NCBI RefSeq assembly: GCF_964204645.1
Contig: NC_134026.1
Coordinates: 22,292,150-22,356,149 of the forward strand
Length of the DNA stretch: 64,000 nt
Reading direction: 5' to 3'
From: Tubulanus polymorphus
Lineage: Eukaryota; Animalia; Nemertea
Within the stretch, counting starts at the first letter, position 1. Every line of letters begins with the position of its first letter. Shown here one piece after another: positions 26,801-41,800 of the stretch. Position numbers and translations under genes: made by a program. The notes under the pieces are model-generated. The model did no database searches, was not told the origin of the DNA, and was given only the letters and a program-made list of their open reading frames with translations.

Positions 26801-29800
26801 GTTTGATTCCTATTCAACCCACTTATCATCCGCGTATCTACATACATAAATTTATTTCCTGGCAATGATGATTTCTCGTATACATGCAGATATATGTAAA
26901 TTTCGACAACAACTGAAAACAGTCACGAGTCGTAGCCATCAGGCACAGTAAACGCCAGCGAAATGTTTAACTAGATATCGATTTTACGATATGGAAGATA
27001 ACGTTTAATCAACGCAATCCAAGACTACATGTCAACCGACTGCAACAACATCTGAACAGCAGTTTCAAATCACAAAGATAACTTACAGTGGGATACGCCA
27101 TTTATAACAATTATGTGAAATTTATAGTGCAAAAATCCAATTTGATAATACATATTTCAAATATGCCCATATTTATTGTATGGCCTATATCTTTAACTGT
27201 ATTTGTGCTCACACAATACCTCTTTTGAAAAACAAGAGTTCTCACGTAGGATTCAGTACTCTCAAATACTATTTTGAGTGAACAGAAACAGAGAGCGATG
27301 GACACCCAAAATCCTATGAAGATTGATTTAGGCAAGTTCTGTTTTTCCCTATCATGTAAATGTAAATATGTTATTCTAAGAAAAAAAAAACTGGTTCTTC
27401 ATAGCGATTTCAGTTTTTAAACAACAATCTCTGCCATTTTTTGCCAAAAATGCTGCACAGAAGTAATGAGGATATTCATTTTGCCCAGGGATGCTATGGT
27501 AGTGTGCTAGGTTTGAACCCATGACCTAGCATCTCCGATATCAATCATGTGGGAATGATATCAATGAAGGTTACTTGGGTGTTCATGAAGTTCTTGAGTT
27601 CACTTTCATAGACTAGTACATGTATTACTAGTATTAACCGGGAGGTTAAATCAGTTGACTATCAAATTGAGTTAACCCCGGTCAGCCGGGCTTAAGTTAA
27701 TACTGGTCTTTGAAACCATCCCTAGATGTAGGCTTTTATTGCCACAACACTGGTTCATAGAGATTTTCCAAATCATCAAATCAATCCCTTTGGAACTAGG
27801 CCAATTAATGGTCAGGATATTGATTGAAGATACGATATATCATAATCAATATGAAGCTACAGATGATACCATGCACTGTCGGACTGCTTCTAAGCAATTT
27901 TTCCAACTCATCAATCCTCAAGGAACAAGGTCAATTAAGGGTTACTCATAAAAATTTGGGATATTGATTTATCCTGCGCAACTAGAGCGCTTTGAAGCGT
28001 GATCATTCATGGGGAATAAACGTCAGTGATCCATCGACCACGAGTCCATCGACACCAAATATCTTGCGTGGGCGCATACCTTGATTTCTTCTTCTTGTCG
28101 CAGTGATCTGTAAGCAGCATCAGGCGGAAGAGTGGATGGAAGTGATGGCAGACTGTTCTCGTCCTGTCAACAAACAGATACAAATGGCAAAATTAATGCA
28201 AACATCGAGAACGACATAGATTTGATTATTTTGTCCGCGAAATGGTCTTCCGCCATCTGACAGATTAGACTGACTGACTGCTATATACATTCTAGAACAC
28301 ACTGCACCAGTTTTATTTTTCACCATATGTTTGAAATATTTCCATTAACGGGTACATTTTATAACTATCATCTGAACATGAAAGGAACAGCTAGCAATAT
28401 TCTGCTATATATGAACTGGTTTTTGTCAGCAGATGGACATTGTGAATTTGTTTTGCATACATGTGTAATAACTGTGATGGTAATCTCTATGTATAAAGTG
28501 TGCGTTGAGTTTAATGGAGTACGTGAAAGAAGTTAATGATTTCTAACATGGGTTCACACTTCAGCCATAGCTATTTTGCACATGACCATCTGACAAGCAT
28601 TTCATTTCCGATAATTGAAAATACGAGTTTTACTTTCAGCTTGATTGAAAAACATGATAGAAAAGATGATTGAAATACGGTAATAGTAAGGCCACTGTAA
28701 GAGAGCAGCGCACCAGTAACAAATGGTAAAACTCCAAATGCTGAATTTTGCTAGGAATATACTTGGCTTAAAATACCCAAAATGTGAACCCTTTAGATAT
28801 AAATATGTATAAAATGAATGATTAAACATGTTAAACTTTTGAAAAAAATTAAGGTGCAATGAATGGCAATTTGCTTAAGTAAGATGCTTTAGTAAGACTT
28901 CAACAATAAGGTTATTTTACGCAAGGCATTTCTGACAGTAACAGACCTTTTTTAGTAGTATTTGCTGAATTGAAAAATGATCATCCAAATTTCGTGTTCA
29001 TGCATGCATGACCAAAAAAATGGCAGGGCAGCATGCAGCAAATACTGGCAAAACGTTTTACCTCGAAGACCCGTCGTAATGCTTTGAGGCGAATACGAGG
29101 TTTTGGCAACAGGGGTGGGGGTATCTTTTTTGGTTTAGTCTTTGGAACATCGAGCACAATGTTTGCGCTAACAACAACGCTACGGCTACTGCATGATTTC
29201 TACAGCAAAGCAACAACAGTTATGATATACAGTGAATACAAGAGGAAACGATGCACAATATTAAAATCTGCAATATTTGCTCATGTGGAAATAGAGAATA
29301 GAAACGATATTCATCTTGCACCTCCTACCACCATGATAAGGTAAACCTTAATCAAATTTCAAATTTCAAGCCAGATAATAAGTTCATAACTCACTATATA
29401 TAAAGTTTAAAAGACTAAAATCAAATTTTATTTATCAAAAATTAAAATCAAGAAAACACACTTCGAAATTTTTTGTGTCTTTTGATAAACAAAATTCGCT
29501 TTTAGTCTTTTGAACTTAATACATAGCGGAATTTAAACTTATTATTTCCTCCACGAGTTTTAGTCGAGCTCAATTTTTTTCCGATGCATAGATCATAATA
29601 AAGGACAAGTAATAAATTTGGATAAAATTCTTAATATTTTGTGGTGATAGATCTATGAAAATTTGACAAACTGGATACATTTCCAACTGATAATGATTTG
29701 AATCGCTCACCACAAAATGAACGTTTATACCTGGTCGATGCCGTACGGTTCCAAAATTAAGACCTCTTCAGGTTTCTTAAACTTGTTTAACGCGTCTCGG

Positions 29801-32800
29801 TCAATCTTAAACTTGACTGGGCGCGGTGGACTATATTGTGGCTACAGAAAAGAACAGTGGAAAAAACATGCAAAACAAAGAGTTAATAAAAAGCTGTTAG
29901 ATTCACCAGAACAGTAAGTAGTTAATATCACAGCAAAAATGAAAACATCGAATTAATAGTTAGTATATATACAGAAGCGACACCTTCCGAGCTAAAACCA
30001 CCACATTCTTGTGATAAATGCGCGACCACATCATCGTTAATACTTGTAATAAATAAGACTGCCGAATCCGATGTAAGCAAAAAAAATGCATGACGCATAC
30101 TATTATTAATCATTGTTAGATAGCGCATCGCCAGCGGAGATAAATAGTCTTTCGATCGTGTGGAAGAAAAAAAGAAAATTGTGCGAACGAAATCGGAAGC
30201 GCGGCGAGGATGTCATCGAGAGGCGCCACTGTCATCGTGCCTGGTCAAATCGTTACGAAGCCACCACCGATTAGTCCGATACATTCTTTGTTATTAGCGA
30301 CGCCTTGTTATATTTATCGTTATCGGTATATATATATATATACGTATGTAGCGAAATATGTTTCGCAGGGTTAAAGACGCATCGCGGAGACACAAACCAA
30401 CCAACCTCGTTCGATTCGTAAATCACCGGTGGCATCAACCGGTCGAAATCTTGAGACGAACTTTCGCTGGATGAATAATCGTGCACGCCCATACGCAGGA
30501 GATTCTTGTCGAACGCCGACAGTTTTCCCTGATCGCAAGGTGAATATATCTCATCCGGTCGCAGAGCGCGCGATGGCTGCACATGTTCCGACTCGGCGAC
30601 CGCGTACTCTGGTATTTGGTATTCGTCGACTTCGCGGAACTGTGCAAAGTAGTCAAATATTGTTCTGTCATCGTACAGTCTGTTATCGTAGTAAGACTGT
30701 TGATAATCGGTGCGCGTGTAATGTTGAGGTGGTGCAGCAGTGTGAGGAGGTAGTGCAAAGTGATCAGTGGAGCCGTAATAGAAAGCTTCGGGTTGATAGA
30801 TTATTTCCTCGTAATCCTATGTACAGAAACTCAAAATATTATGGAACAGAATGTTACAAATCCACGGCACGCGCGACTGAGGTTTAGTTGAAGATTAGAA
30901 AAATTCTCATAGGAAAAATGCGGTAAATGTTATAGGCACCCAGAGAGGGTAGGTACCCCTACAGGCAGGGTTAGAGGTGGCAAACGAATGCTTTATTAGA
31001 TAAACATGAAGAAGAGGATTGCGATAGATACTTGAAGGAAACAAGAATATATTTCAGAACCTTTCTTCCACCCTAAACATATCTAGGGCCATCAATTTCC
31101 TGTAAGGAACTGTAAAACCCCCACATACATCCTTCATTATTGGCAGAGCTTAGAAAATTTCTAAATATAGCAACCAACTCTTAAGTAACTTAAAATATCA
31201 ACTCAGGACCTGTCCACAAAGCTCATGAAAACCATAGACTCTAAAAGGATTTAAAGCCAATATTTTTCAGAATCCACTCTCAAATAATTTTGCATTTGAA
31301 TAGTGGTATACATTATCCACAATATTCAATAAATACCCCTGGACAATCTAAGGATGCTTATGAATCTTGAAGCTTTATCGAAAGGAATTGAAAATGATAA
31401 TGAAAACGTCTGTCATCTTTTTGCACAAGTCTACTTGATTATTGAGAAAATCATCCTAATATCGACATATTCGCGTAGAAATTTGGCTAATTTCTAGTTT
31501 ATATACAGTTAGTTATTCGTCTATAATGATACCCTGTTAGAGCAGACATCACCGAGTGCTCTTAAAGAAAAGAGACACATGATGTGATGTCGGTGGCTGA
31601 TAGTTCGTTTGGGCCACTCAGGGCATCATTGGCTGATAGTTTATTTCAGCTCAGCAATTAAGGTGGCAGACACCATCTAGGGGCGAGATATGAGAGGCAG
31701 TCGAAATGAGACAGCCCCGAGTATGAGACAGCCCCGAGTGCTGAAACTCTCCAGATTCTGCTAATTGATACATAATTAACGTCATAGGGAAAAGCAGTGA
31801 GGGTATGTGTACATTTTAAGTGCTACTGGAATATGAAACGGAGATAATTACGAAGGGTTGACTTGTGCACACAGACTGAGAAGGTGGACTGACCACTCTC
31901 GCCACACTAGCAGTAGTTACAGGTCCACTGATTAGATTAGTTTTAATGCACTGCATCGATTATTGCATTCGCTAGTAGACATTTATTGATTGTAATCATC
32001 TTAATCCGCCCTTCAATCTGCTCTGGGAACAATTTGATTTGGCAAATTCAACAAACAAGTATCAGCACCAACTGATACTCCAGTTCAATAATGATGAAAG
32101 TCCCGTCCCGTTAACGGGCTTGGTTTGAAGGAGCAATACAACACTTTCGTTTCAATGTGTTTGCATAATTCAAAAATTATCTCCTTCAAGTTTTTTCTGA
32201 TATTGCTGAGAATTTTGTCGTCGTCTGAGAAACGAAACAGTCAAGTCATTTGCGCATTGCAAATCTAAAATTTTAGTAAGTTTTTTCACTAATGCAACAT
32301 TGTAAAACTGATTAGTGTGCAAATGCAACTGTGTTTATAAGAAAGGCATTCTAAAAGGAACAGAACGAAACAGTGCATAGGTTTAAGATTCCAGAAATCC
32401 TACATGAAAAGCTTTTATAATGAAAATAGCTACAAGGCTAAGATTAATAGCCTTCACAATCATTCAAGGGATTGAGAATTAACTCAAATCAAGGGAAATA
32501 ACCATTAGTCATTTTTTACCATATTCTATGCTTGCCAGGAAATAAACATCATGACTGTACATGTGAACACAAAATTTGAAATCACTTTGAAATCATGATA
32601 GATCAATATCAATTGGGAGATGGAAATTTCTGATCATGGACTCAGTAATATGAGATATGGCGTCGTGGAGTCATAGTAGGATACTGTATAAAACATCAGT
32701 AGAAGAAGTAGTTGTGAAAAATAATGTAAATTAAGTGTCGAATCACGACTACTTCGTCAATATCAGTTTCCAATATCAGACTGAGAGCCTTCGCATCAGT

Positions 32801-35800
32801 AAACAATCACGATGAATAATTACATAAAAATGCTTCCCATTCAAACACTTCAGACTAACAGCATAAAACAACATAGTGACTGAATGAAATAACTGTTATT
32901 TTGATTCTACCTTCCTCTATTTATGCTTCATTATCTTATATTAGTAAAGGCCTGTTCTGTGCCTAATAGCGGATCACACACTTGGACTATCATCCTTCCC
33001 TCTAGTTGTCCTACCGCCAATACTCAAATCCTTCAATATTCTACATCTCCATTTAACTTTGTTGCCCGTTTTTACCCCAATAAGACTTGTATGCTTAAAA
33101 CCGAACCTACCTAGCACACCTTTTGGCTGTCATTCACTCTGAATGTCGTTTAATCCAAAAAAGGATATCACTGAATCCTTTGAATTCTACATATGTACGT
33201 TATGTCATGGATATATCCATTCAGTAAATAAAAAAACTGTTCATGTACGCGGTGTTAAGCTTTAATCAACAATGATGAAGACTTATAGCATCACTTATCA
33301 GTCAGCTCCAGTCCAGAGAGCCACACCCTGTTCTGTAAATACTTTCATATATTTATAGCATTGTTTCGAGCTCGTGCATCAGAATCAATAAGTCGGTTAT
33401 AGCATGGACGTATTAACTAGATTATACGTCCATGGTTATAGGTAGCGAAGTCTTGATCAGTGTTTGCTTGCAGTGTTTGCAGTTTAAACGATCGCATGCG
33501 CTGTGTATGTCATTATGTACCTGAGGTGAAAGCTTTTCATGCCGCTAATGCATCTAGGTAAGCTGTCAATGGCTTTAAAACCTGACTCACGAATGCTTCA
33601 AAAACAATACAATCCAACACTTCATAGTACCCGCCATGACATTGAGTCAAACGCCTTTGAATTTCAAATATTAATGCATCTTGATGAGTGGTTTTATCGT
33701 CAATCAACATGGCGAAAATCTGGGAATAGTGCCGCAACAAATCAATAACACCTTATCTAATCATCCCTCCTTGCCAGGATTCAAACCTGATGGCTTGAGT
33801 GTCATAAGCCGTGATCACACAACCATTTTTGGCTCGGGCCAAACTAGGCCGGGAACAACTATTCAGACAAGTGCCAAATGGGCCAGTGCCAATTTGGCCC
33901 GTCTGAAAATGGCTGAGCCAAATTTTAGCACAGGTCAAATTATTGAGTGTGAATTGCAACTGGTTCTGGGAGTGACTCACTTTGCTTTGTTCAGGCATTG
34001 TTTAGTATCGAGTGAGTGGTTTGCATGTGAATGCGTTCTCTTATTAGGCATGGGCCAAATTTGACTCCGTGGCCATTCTACAACTACTACCTTCTCCTCC
34101 TTCTACTCAGAGGCGTCTTCTACTATCAGGTTGGAATGCCCACAAGGAAGGATCATCTTTTATCTAAACATCTATCCTACAACCCTTTATTCTACACAGT
34201 TGACATTTATATGAACCAATGTGAACTTTTTTTGCCAAAATGTCAAATGCAGGCAAGTGACAAAACTGTTTACAAACACCATCAACGCATAGATGATGAT
34301 GTTTGTATTGTACCTATTGTGTGTTCCCATGCACCCCGCAAGTTCTCTCACTATGTTCTTCTAAAAGTGTCATCTGCCATGCGTAAAGGCTATAAACAAC
34401 ATTCACCGGTTATTTCAACATCGTAATACAACGAAATATGAAACCATCAGTGTTTACACTAATGTCATAACACATTATCAAACAAGCAACCAACACCAGA
34501 AATAATCGGTCACATACACATCAAAATTCATAAAAGCAAATTCCGATGATCCATAATGCAGACATTATTTCTAGATACAGAGGCATAAATCATTGTAGTA
34601 CCCACCTGTTCATCAATCAGGAAGCTATCCGGCACAGGTAACGGTTTAGCGACACCTATGTGGACGATTCCTTTTGGAGCACCTTTCAATGCTTGCACAG
34701 CTTGGTCAAGCGTAGCGTGTTCGACATTGATTTCGTTTACGAAAATCAGCCGATCGCCGGGCACAAGTTGGCCGTCAAGCTGAGCGACACCACCGGGCAC
34801 CAGGCTACGAATAACTATCACAGTTTCTGCAGGGTTCATCGGGTCCTTCAAAACAAGAACAATACATTTGCGATATCAAGAGGCCGTTACAAAGGTAGGG
34901 CTAAGCAACTTTATTATATTAACCTGAACCTTATTTCTTTCGATCTTTTTAATTAGTAGACTACATCTCGCTGCTGCTAGGCATAATTTGATCTCAAAGG
35001 ATCTGAATTAATGAATGCGAAATTAATCAGGTGTCAATCCGATGTCTTTATTAATTACGTCGCTTACATATTCATATATGCACGACAATCTCTCGAAGGA
35101 TAATTGAAAATTAAGATGGATCAAAATACAAGGAGGGAAGATATCGTGATTCATAGGCAGTGACATCTTAATCTACCAGCAATTTATAGAATATGAGAGG
35201 AAAATCAATTAGGATTCTATTCTAGGTGACAGAAAGCATTCTCCGAAAACTGTAACACCCCTGGCAGGGATTCAAACCTGATGGCATCGAGACTGGCAAC
35301 GAAACTCTGCAACTCTAGCCCGAGTGCACAGCTACCGGGTACATGCCCAGGTAAGATGATGTCATTATTAGCCAATCAGAAATCCTGGGTTTTCGCCTCA
35401 GGTTTGAATTCCTGCTGGGGGAGGATGATATGACTGGAGAGTGGCTCATGTCAGTTGAAAACATACCTGATAGTCAAGTATGCTAAACCCTAGTCCTCGT
35501 TCTGCCTTCTGAAGTTCGATGACAACTGGTTCGCTACTCCACATCGCGAGACCGGTCAACGGTTCGAGCGACCGCGATTTGCCTTTGTTCAACGTGATAT
35601 CCGCAGCCGCTGGTGTCGCCAGCGACTGTTCCGATTTAGCTTTTACTAAACGATCGGTGGACACAGAACCGGCGCCACCGCCTCCACTTTCACTCGAGTC
35701 GGTCGCCTCATGAGACGGGGAAAAGTTCTGAGATGGTTGGAAGAACGTAGGATCACCAGTGTGTGCATAGAGAAGATCGGATTGAGCGAGTTTACGACGA

Positions 35801-38800
35801 GCGCAGACGATACGGACATGTTGCGGCAGTTCTTTGAGTATAGTCACAACCTCTACATGATTCAAGCCATACAACCCATGTCCGTTCACCTGAAAAAAAT
35901 AAATCATCATCATCTCATTCTTTTATATGAACCAATATACAGCATGACAACCTGAAAATGAACCCACTGGTCACCCAGCATGTGAAATAGCTTTAGCAGG
36001 TTAATCCATCATCATTGTATATTCATCTTACAGGGATATTTAAAATCTTCTCGACTATCATGATTATGGATCTATAACTGGAGAGGCTCATGATTATGTA
36101 TGGCCGACAAATGAAATCTGGTTTATGGTCGACTACGACTGGGTATATCAGGTATTTCTACCGTCTCCTTTAATGAGATTGAATTAAATTCAGCGATGCT
36201 GAAAAATCTCTAACTTACCTCCAGCAATTCATCACCGCTCTGCAACCTGCCATTCAAACCCACCGGGCCATCGTTAAGCACGGATCGAATGTAATGATGT
36301 GGGCGGACTTCAATACCATTCTCTACATCTACAGTTCCTTCTAAACTAATCCCTAAACCGCCACCCTCGCGGAACTTCGACAGTTGAGCAACCTACAAAA
36401 AACATAATACATCTTGATGACCTTGATTTACGTATCACGATTCGAAACATCTCTAAGGGTCAAGAGAGAATACCCCATAGGTGATTCCTGGATAGAAAAT
36501 AAAAGGGAGAGGAAGATTTTTGTAAAAAATATATTTCGAGAGTAAAATTTAGCATTTATCACATCGTTTCAGGGACTCTATAGGGTATATTACTGAAATC
36601 GAAAAACTGCACTCGATTCGCATTACGGCAGTAAACCCCATTAAACTTTTCACGGGAGAGGAGCGTACGAGACTTTGCATAGGTTTCACTAATCAAGACG
36701 TAAAACCGACAATGACTAGTCGACTAATTGAAATTCAGCTCTTCCTCATGGCAGCATTTACCGCAAGAATGAACGAACGAATACCGCAATTTGTAGCCAT
36801 AATAGTTACGACAAACGATAATAACAGAAATATCAAGCCACGTTGATTTTGTTGATTTTCGGAAATTTTAATTGCGCTAATTTTCTGCCTCGAGTACTTC
36901 GATTGATTGTTCCAGAACCCTGGTGATGACGATCAGGGATGCCGAACAAGCTTAAATCACGACACGGAAATTAAATGTTTCGTATACAAAAATATCGTAA
37001 TGATCATCCGCATATAAATAACCTTAATGTCACAAACCGGGGCGAGGGAGAGGGGGATGCAGCCATCGCTAGAGGAGCATTCCTCCGCTGATTCTCATTA
37101 ATTCAGTGCATGATAACAGACTGCGAATGACGCGAAGGTGCAACCAGAACAAGTTGCCCACTCATCACCCTGAACGCAAAGACAGCAAACTGATCGCGAT
37201 GAAATCATAACCGAAATAGACAACGATATTCATCGAATTAATGAAGTAGGTCGAAATAAGAAATATTGTTTCCGTCGTTCGTCGACTTAACTATCACGAT
37301 CCGGCGCGCGCCCGCGTCGAAGAGTAATTTATTGCGTGGTCTGCAGTGAGAGTCGAGATATCAAAGTGGCAAGCGAAGAAACATAATATCACATTGAAAG
37401 AAGTTGTCCTGACAACGGAGTCTTATACATATATATGTATATATCTATAATATATGTAACTGATGACGAGAGATCGTTGACACAATTGGAACAATCTAGT
37501 TTATGGTCACCGGTGGTAAATACACAGCGAACAGGACGGGCAATATGTACATACAATATTAATGACAGCGTGAGCTCACAAATAACACGATTTCATACAT
37601 AGCGGAGGATCCAATCACCAATTTCATAGTCGTATATCATCGGCAATAATCTGTTATTACGAGCTAATACGCGACTGATGCGGTCAGTAATTTATTTATG
37701 TGTGTGCGTGTTAAGGCTAGGCTATCTATTGTCAGGCTGCAATGGGTACCGATGCAACTAAGAAGAAACGCGATCGAAGCCCAGCTTATGTCGGCTGCGC
37801 TTTATTTCCAGTAACTAGCGGGATAGGATCGCCCGCCAGTTGCTTCCCCGCTGATGTTTGCTATGTTCACGCGCAAATGAACCAACTGTAGATGGTCATG
37901 TGACCAACTGAAATGTGACATCAAACAAAGGTGACAGCTTGTATCATAAGCCATTCAATTAGCATTTAGTTTGTGTTTGAAAAATAAAGTATCAATCAAA
38001 TATACAAAACAAACCAAAAGGAGTTCATGAATCCATTTCCATAATCTCATACATACATACATACATATAAGTAATTTCATTTCTGATGTAGGCATCGGGT
38101 TGCATCATAAACTCGCTTATTTCGGGCGGATATGAAGGCAACTACAGGCATACCGTATGCTGCTTGTTCCGGCTAGTTGCCGGTAACCTCAGTTACAACG
38201 ATATCCGTCGAGTCGTAGCCCTACATAAGCTAGCCTTTCAACACAAATAACGGACAACAGATCATCATCGCCACAGCGCCGAGATTGCATTGTCATCGAG
38301 AACGTCTTAAGATGCAATTATAAGCATGTAATTGCTGATCGTGATGTCGATGTATGTATGCATATCGATGTCAACATATCGACATCGGCGCGGAGAAAGT
38401 GCAAACCTCAGATATATATCTGATATCCCGGCAACTTGTTGCGAGAACGTGCTGACGCAATTGATCGATAAATAACTTTCTTACAAATCGTTCACCGCGT
38501 TTAATTAATCGCATCAAATTCACTTGGATTCGAACAGATATTGACATATTCAGCGCTCGTAGTTCATTCATATTTGTCAGGAAAGCGTCTCTCATGCGAT
38601 ATACTTGAACGTAACCGGGCCCAGGTGGATATTAATTGAATTTCGTACATACCACGATATCATATTCATCACCTACAACTACTTGCCACCGCGTCTTCAG
38701 ACCGAGTTCAATATCTGGAGTCAATTCACCACCTAAAAGTACAATATATCTTTTTAAATATAAACCTGTAACAAAATCTTAGGTCTTTTTGATGATGCTC

Positions 38801-41800
38801 TAGGAATTATTTGGAATTAGCAGAAATGGCAGAAAAATTCTAGCCGTTTCCAAATGCAATGATATAATTCTTCCAGAAGGCCAAAATCGAAAAGTGCCTA
38901 ATATGATGAAAACAATATAAGTGAAAGCATTCCACAAAAAAAGTTTGGCCTCACACAACATGGCGAGGCACACATTCTTAATACATTAGGGTATGAATAT
39001 GCAGCAAATAATGTCTGGAATAGAAAGTCGTATCACAGTGACATTAAAAAAAAAAGAAGGAAATATAACATTTCAGTTTGATAGTAATCATGACTGTGCC
39101 ACAGACCATTCTCAATACGAAAATATGAGGCAAAAATGATTTGTTGGTTAGCCTACAGCAGGACAGTACATGGATTTACTATAAGGGATATGATTGCTGC
39201 TTAATGTGAAGGCCAACTGTTTCGGTCCTCAGAGTGGCTTTACCATTAACACATTACTTAAAACAGAATCTTATTCATATTGAACCAACAACTGAATGGT
39301 CTACCACTTGCTTAAAACCCAGAATGCACACTACGTTAAAATACGATAATATTCTTTTCCAGTACATTTTGATAAGTCCATCACTTTTTTCAAATCTTTT
39401 AAAAATAGGGATTGATTCTGTTTGATTTACTTGATTGGTTCATTTTGTATGATTCGTTTGATTTGGTGTCGCTTACAAACCCAGCACACTTGCTGGGAAT
39501 GAAACAAGGGTTCGATTTTGAAATCGGACATCAAAGTACAGATATAGTTGTGTGATTGGCGGTCGAATTTACAGAATTTAAATCAGTTATTGATTCAAGA
39601 ATTGCAAATTGCCCACGAGCATGTGTGTAGGCAGGAAGATTGCTTTTGACATACTATTACTGTTATAGGTAAAGCTTTAAAACATAATCAGCCAGAGAAA
39701 CAAGGAAGATATTACTATGGTAACACTGTCATGATCCATCATGAATTGACTATCACACTGACAGTAGTAAATCCCGCAGATTTTTCAAATGATTGCTAAC
39801 ATTTCTTCACAAACACATGGAATCAGCTAGCTCTCTACTGAAACGGAATCATTCACATGTTTATCGACGAGATAGACATTAGATATGATAGTGACACTAT
39901 TCCACTTCCACAGCTGTGAGCTTAACGACTTCCAAAAGTTTCCAGAAAATGAACTAATTTTCATTCATATTGTGGACCAGGACAAATACCTGGTAATGAA
40001 CTACATTTCATTATAAGACTGTAGTCAACTGAGGAACTGGGTACAGGGACTTGTTGCCAAAGTCAGGACCTATCCAGGCCCAGCCAATATGGTTACTTAT
40101 AACAATATGACATCAGTCTTGAAATGGCATACAGCATTTAGTGAAATAGCTCAGACCTTGGTTTGATCATGGATTCTAAAATGAGTCCATGGTTTGATTA
40201 GTCACCCAGGTTCATTCAGGAGATTTTGAATGAAAAACAGTGATGTCCTGACCATGCAAATGAATACTCTTCTGGACCTCATAATACATGATACCAAAGA
40301 TTTATGAAGACCTTATGAATTTTGGATGATATCAATATCTGTAATATCGATGAAAATCATTTCATATCCATTCACTGAAAAAATGAGTGAGTTTGAAGTA
40401 AAAATTACCAGTGCGTTGCCGGCTTTTGTAAAACCTTACTGTTGTCTTTGACTGATGGTATCTGCATGCAAGGTAAATTGAAGTAAAATGTCTGTTCCTG
40501 GGAGGCTTCGAAAGGATTACAGTGCAACATGCATTCATTACTTGATGATGATCATTATCAATCTTAATATACAAGCAATCTAACTTTTACTGACGATTGC
40601 TGGAGGCTCGTAGTCCCAGAAGGTCTAGCAAGACAAAATACCTTTACACTAGACGGTAAATGAGAAAAGATAGCGCAGAGTCTAAAATTGATGGCGAACA
40701 GCTATGGATAGAAAATAGTTCGATTGTTCAGGTAGAAAATAACATAAAATCTACAAAGCCGCAGAAGTTCGGATGAAGTGTAACATCTATGGTTTAATCT
40801 GCTAACCAGCCAGGCATAATCCAGCTGCTTACCGGTGGGGAAAAACTGCTCGTAGAAGAACTGCTGAATCATATAAAATGAAAAGAAGCTATACAGGGGT
40901 TCCTTCTATTCATATCGTTCTTCTGCTACCCAGTATGATGAAGAGAATTGCGATTAGCACTATATTTAGCACATATCAACTGTATTGTTGATTAGGAAAG
41001 ATGCCTTAGATGTTTGCAAAGCATATTTATCCATTTTTTTAATTCATAAACGACATCCACTACTTGGAAACTAGCTTAAATGCGTCCACTCTTCCTGTTG
41101 TTTTTGCTTTTAGCAGAAAATCTCGAAGTAAGGCTTTATCAATAGTGTTGCTGTCATCATAAAACATGAGCTGGGTAATGATGGGAGGAAATGCACAGAA
41201 AGGCAGCCTATGGGGATAACCTAGAATGCAACTTATTGTCGCAAATGTCATCAGGAAATCTCTTGACAATCAGTTCTTATACAGTACCATGCATAATAAA
41301 AGAGTTTCAGACCAATTGTCAAACACCATCAGTTTTCAGTGCACAAAACTTTTTTCGTTTCCAAGCACTCATCACATCACCAACATCAGCCGTTAACAAA
41401 ATCCAGTGAACTGAAAGCAATCAACACTCTTAAGTATAACAAATAGTGGTTCTACAGGTGTGATTCACATGTGTAAATGGTAGAGCACCTTGGAAGCTCA
41501 TCCCATACCACATGAAATATTCATCATCACAGGAAAAACTACCATCAGTAGTGAAACTTGAGTACTTCTCGTAGTAAAGACAGCTTCTCCAAAATACAAT
41601 GTTTTGTTCGGCATAGACTATAGAAAAGGGATGGTTTTGGCAACGTTGAAGCACTCTGGACTTAGACTCTATATCATGTTCATCACCAAAATTGTTTTAA
41701 TCCTTTAATTTATACTAAATAATTACTATTTGGCTACAGAACAATATTAATGCACTAAGACTGGTCTTAAATCAAATAAGCCTTGTCCCAGCAAGTGGCC

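Noticed and set aside
27503-27535. B-box-like string (ggtcatgggttcaaacctagc on the minus strand), possible tRNA
   Set aside because: No cloverleaf; at most a decayed tRNA-derived SINE fragment.
30429-30887. 152-aa plus-strand ORF (also 60870..61253, 34660..34956, 29033..29344, 62384..62626)
   Set aside because: Antisense shadows of GC-richer MPDZ exons; no recognisable domains or supporting splice structure.
33681-34064. Recurrent peptide '...HFALF.HCLVS.EWFACE...' in ORFs at 14426, 33681 and 61922
   Set aside because: Translations of MITE family B copies, not a gene family.
39215-39232. ctgaggaccgaaacag on the minus strand, hammerhead-like
   Set aside because: Stem II is absent and stem I unsupported; too short to call.
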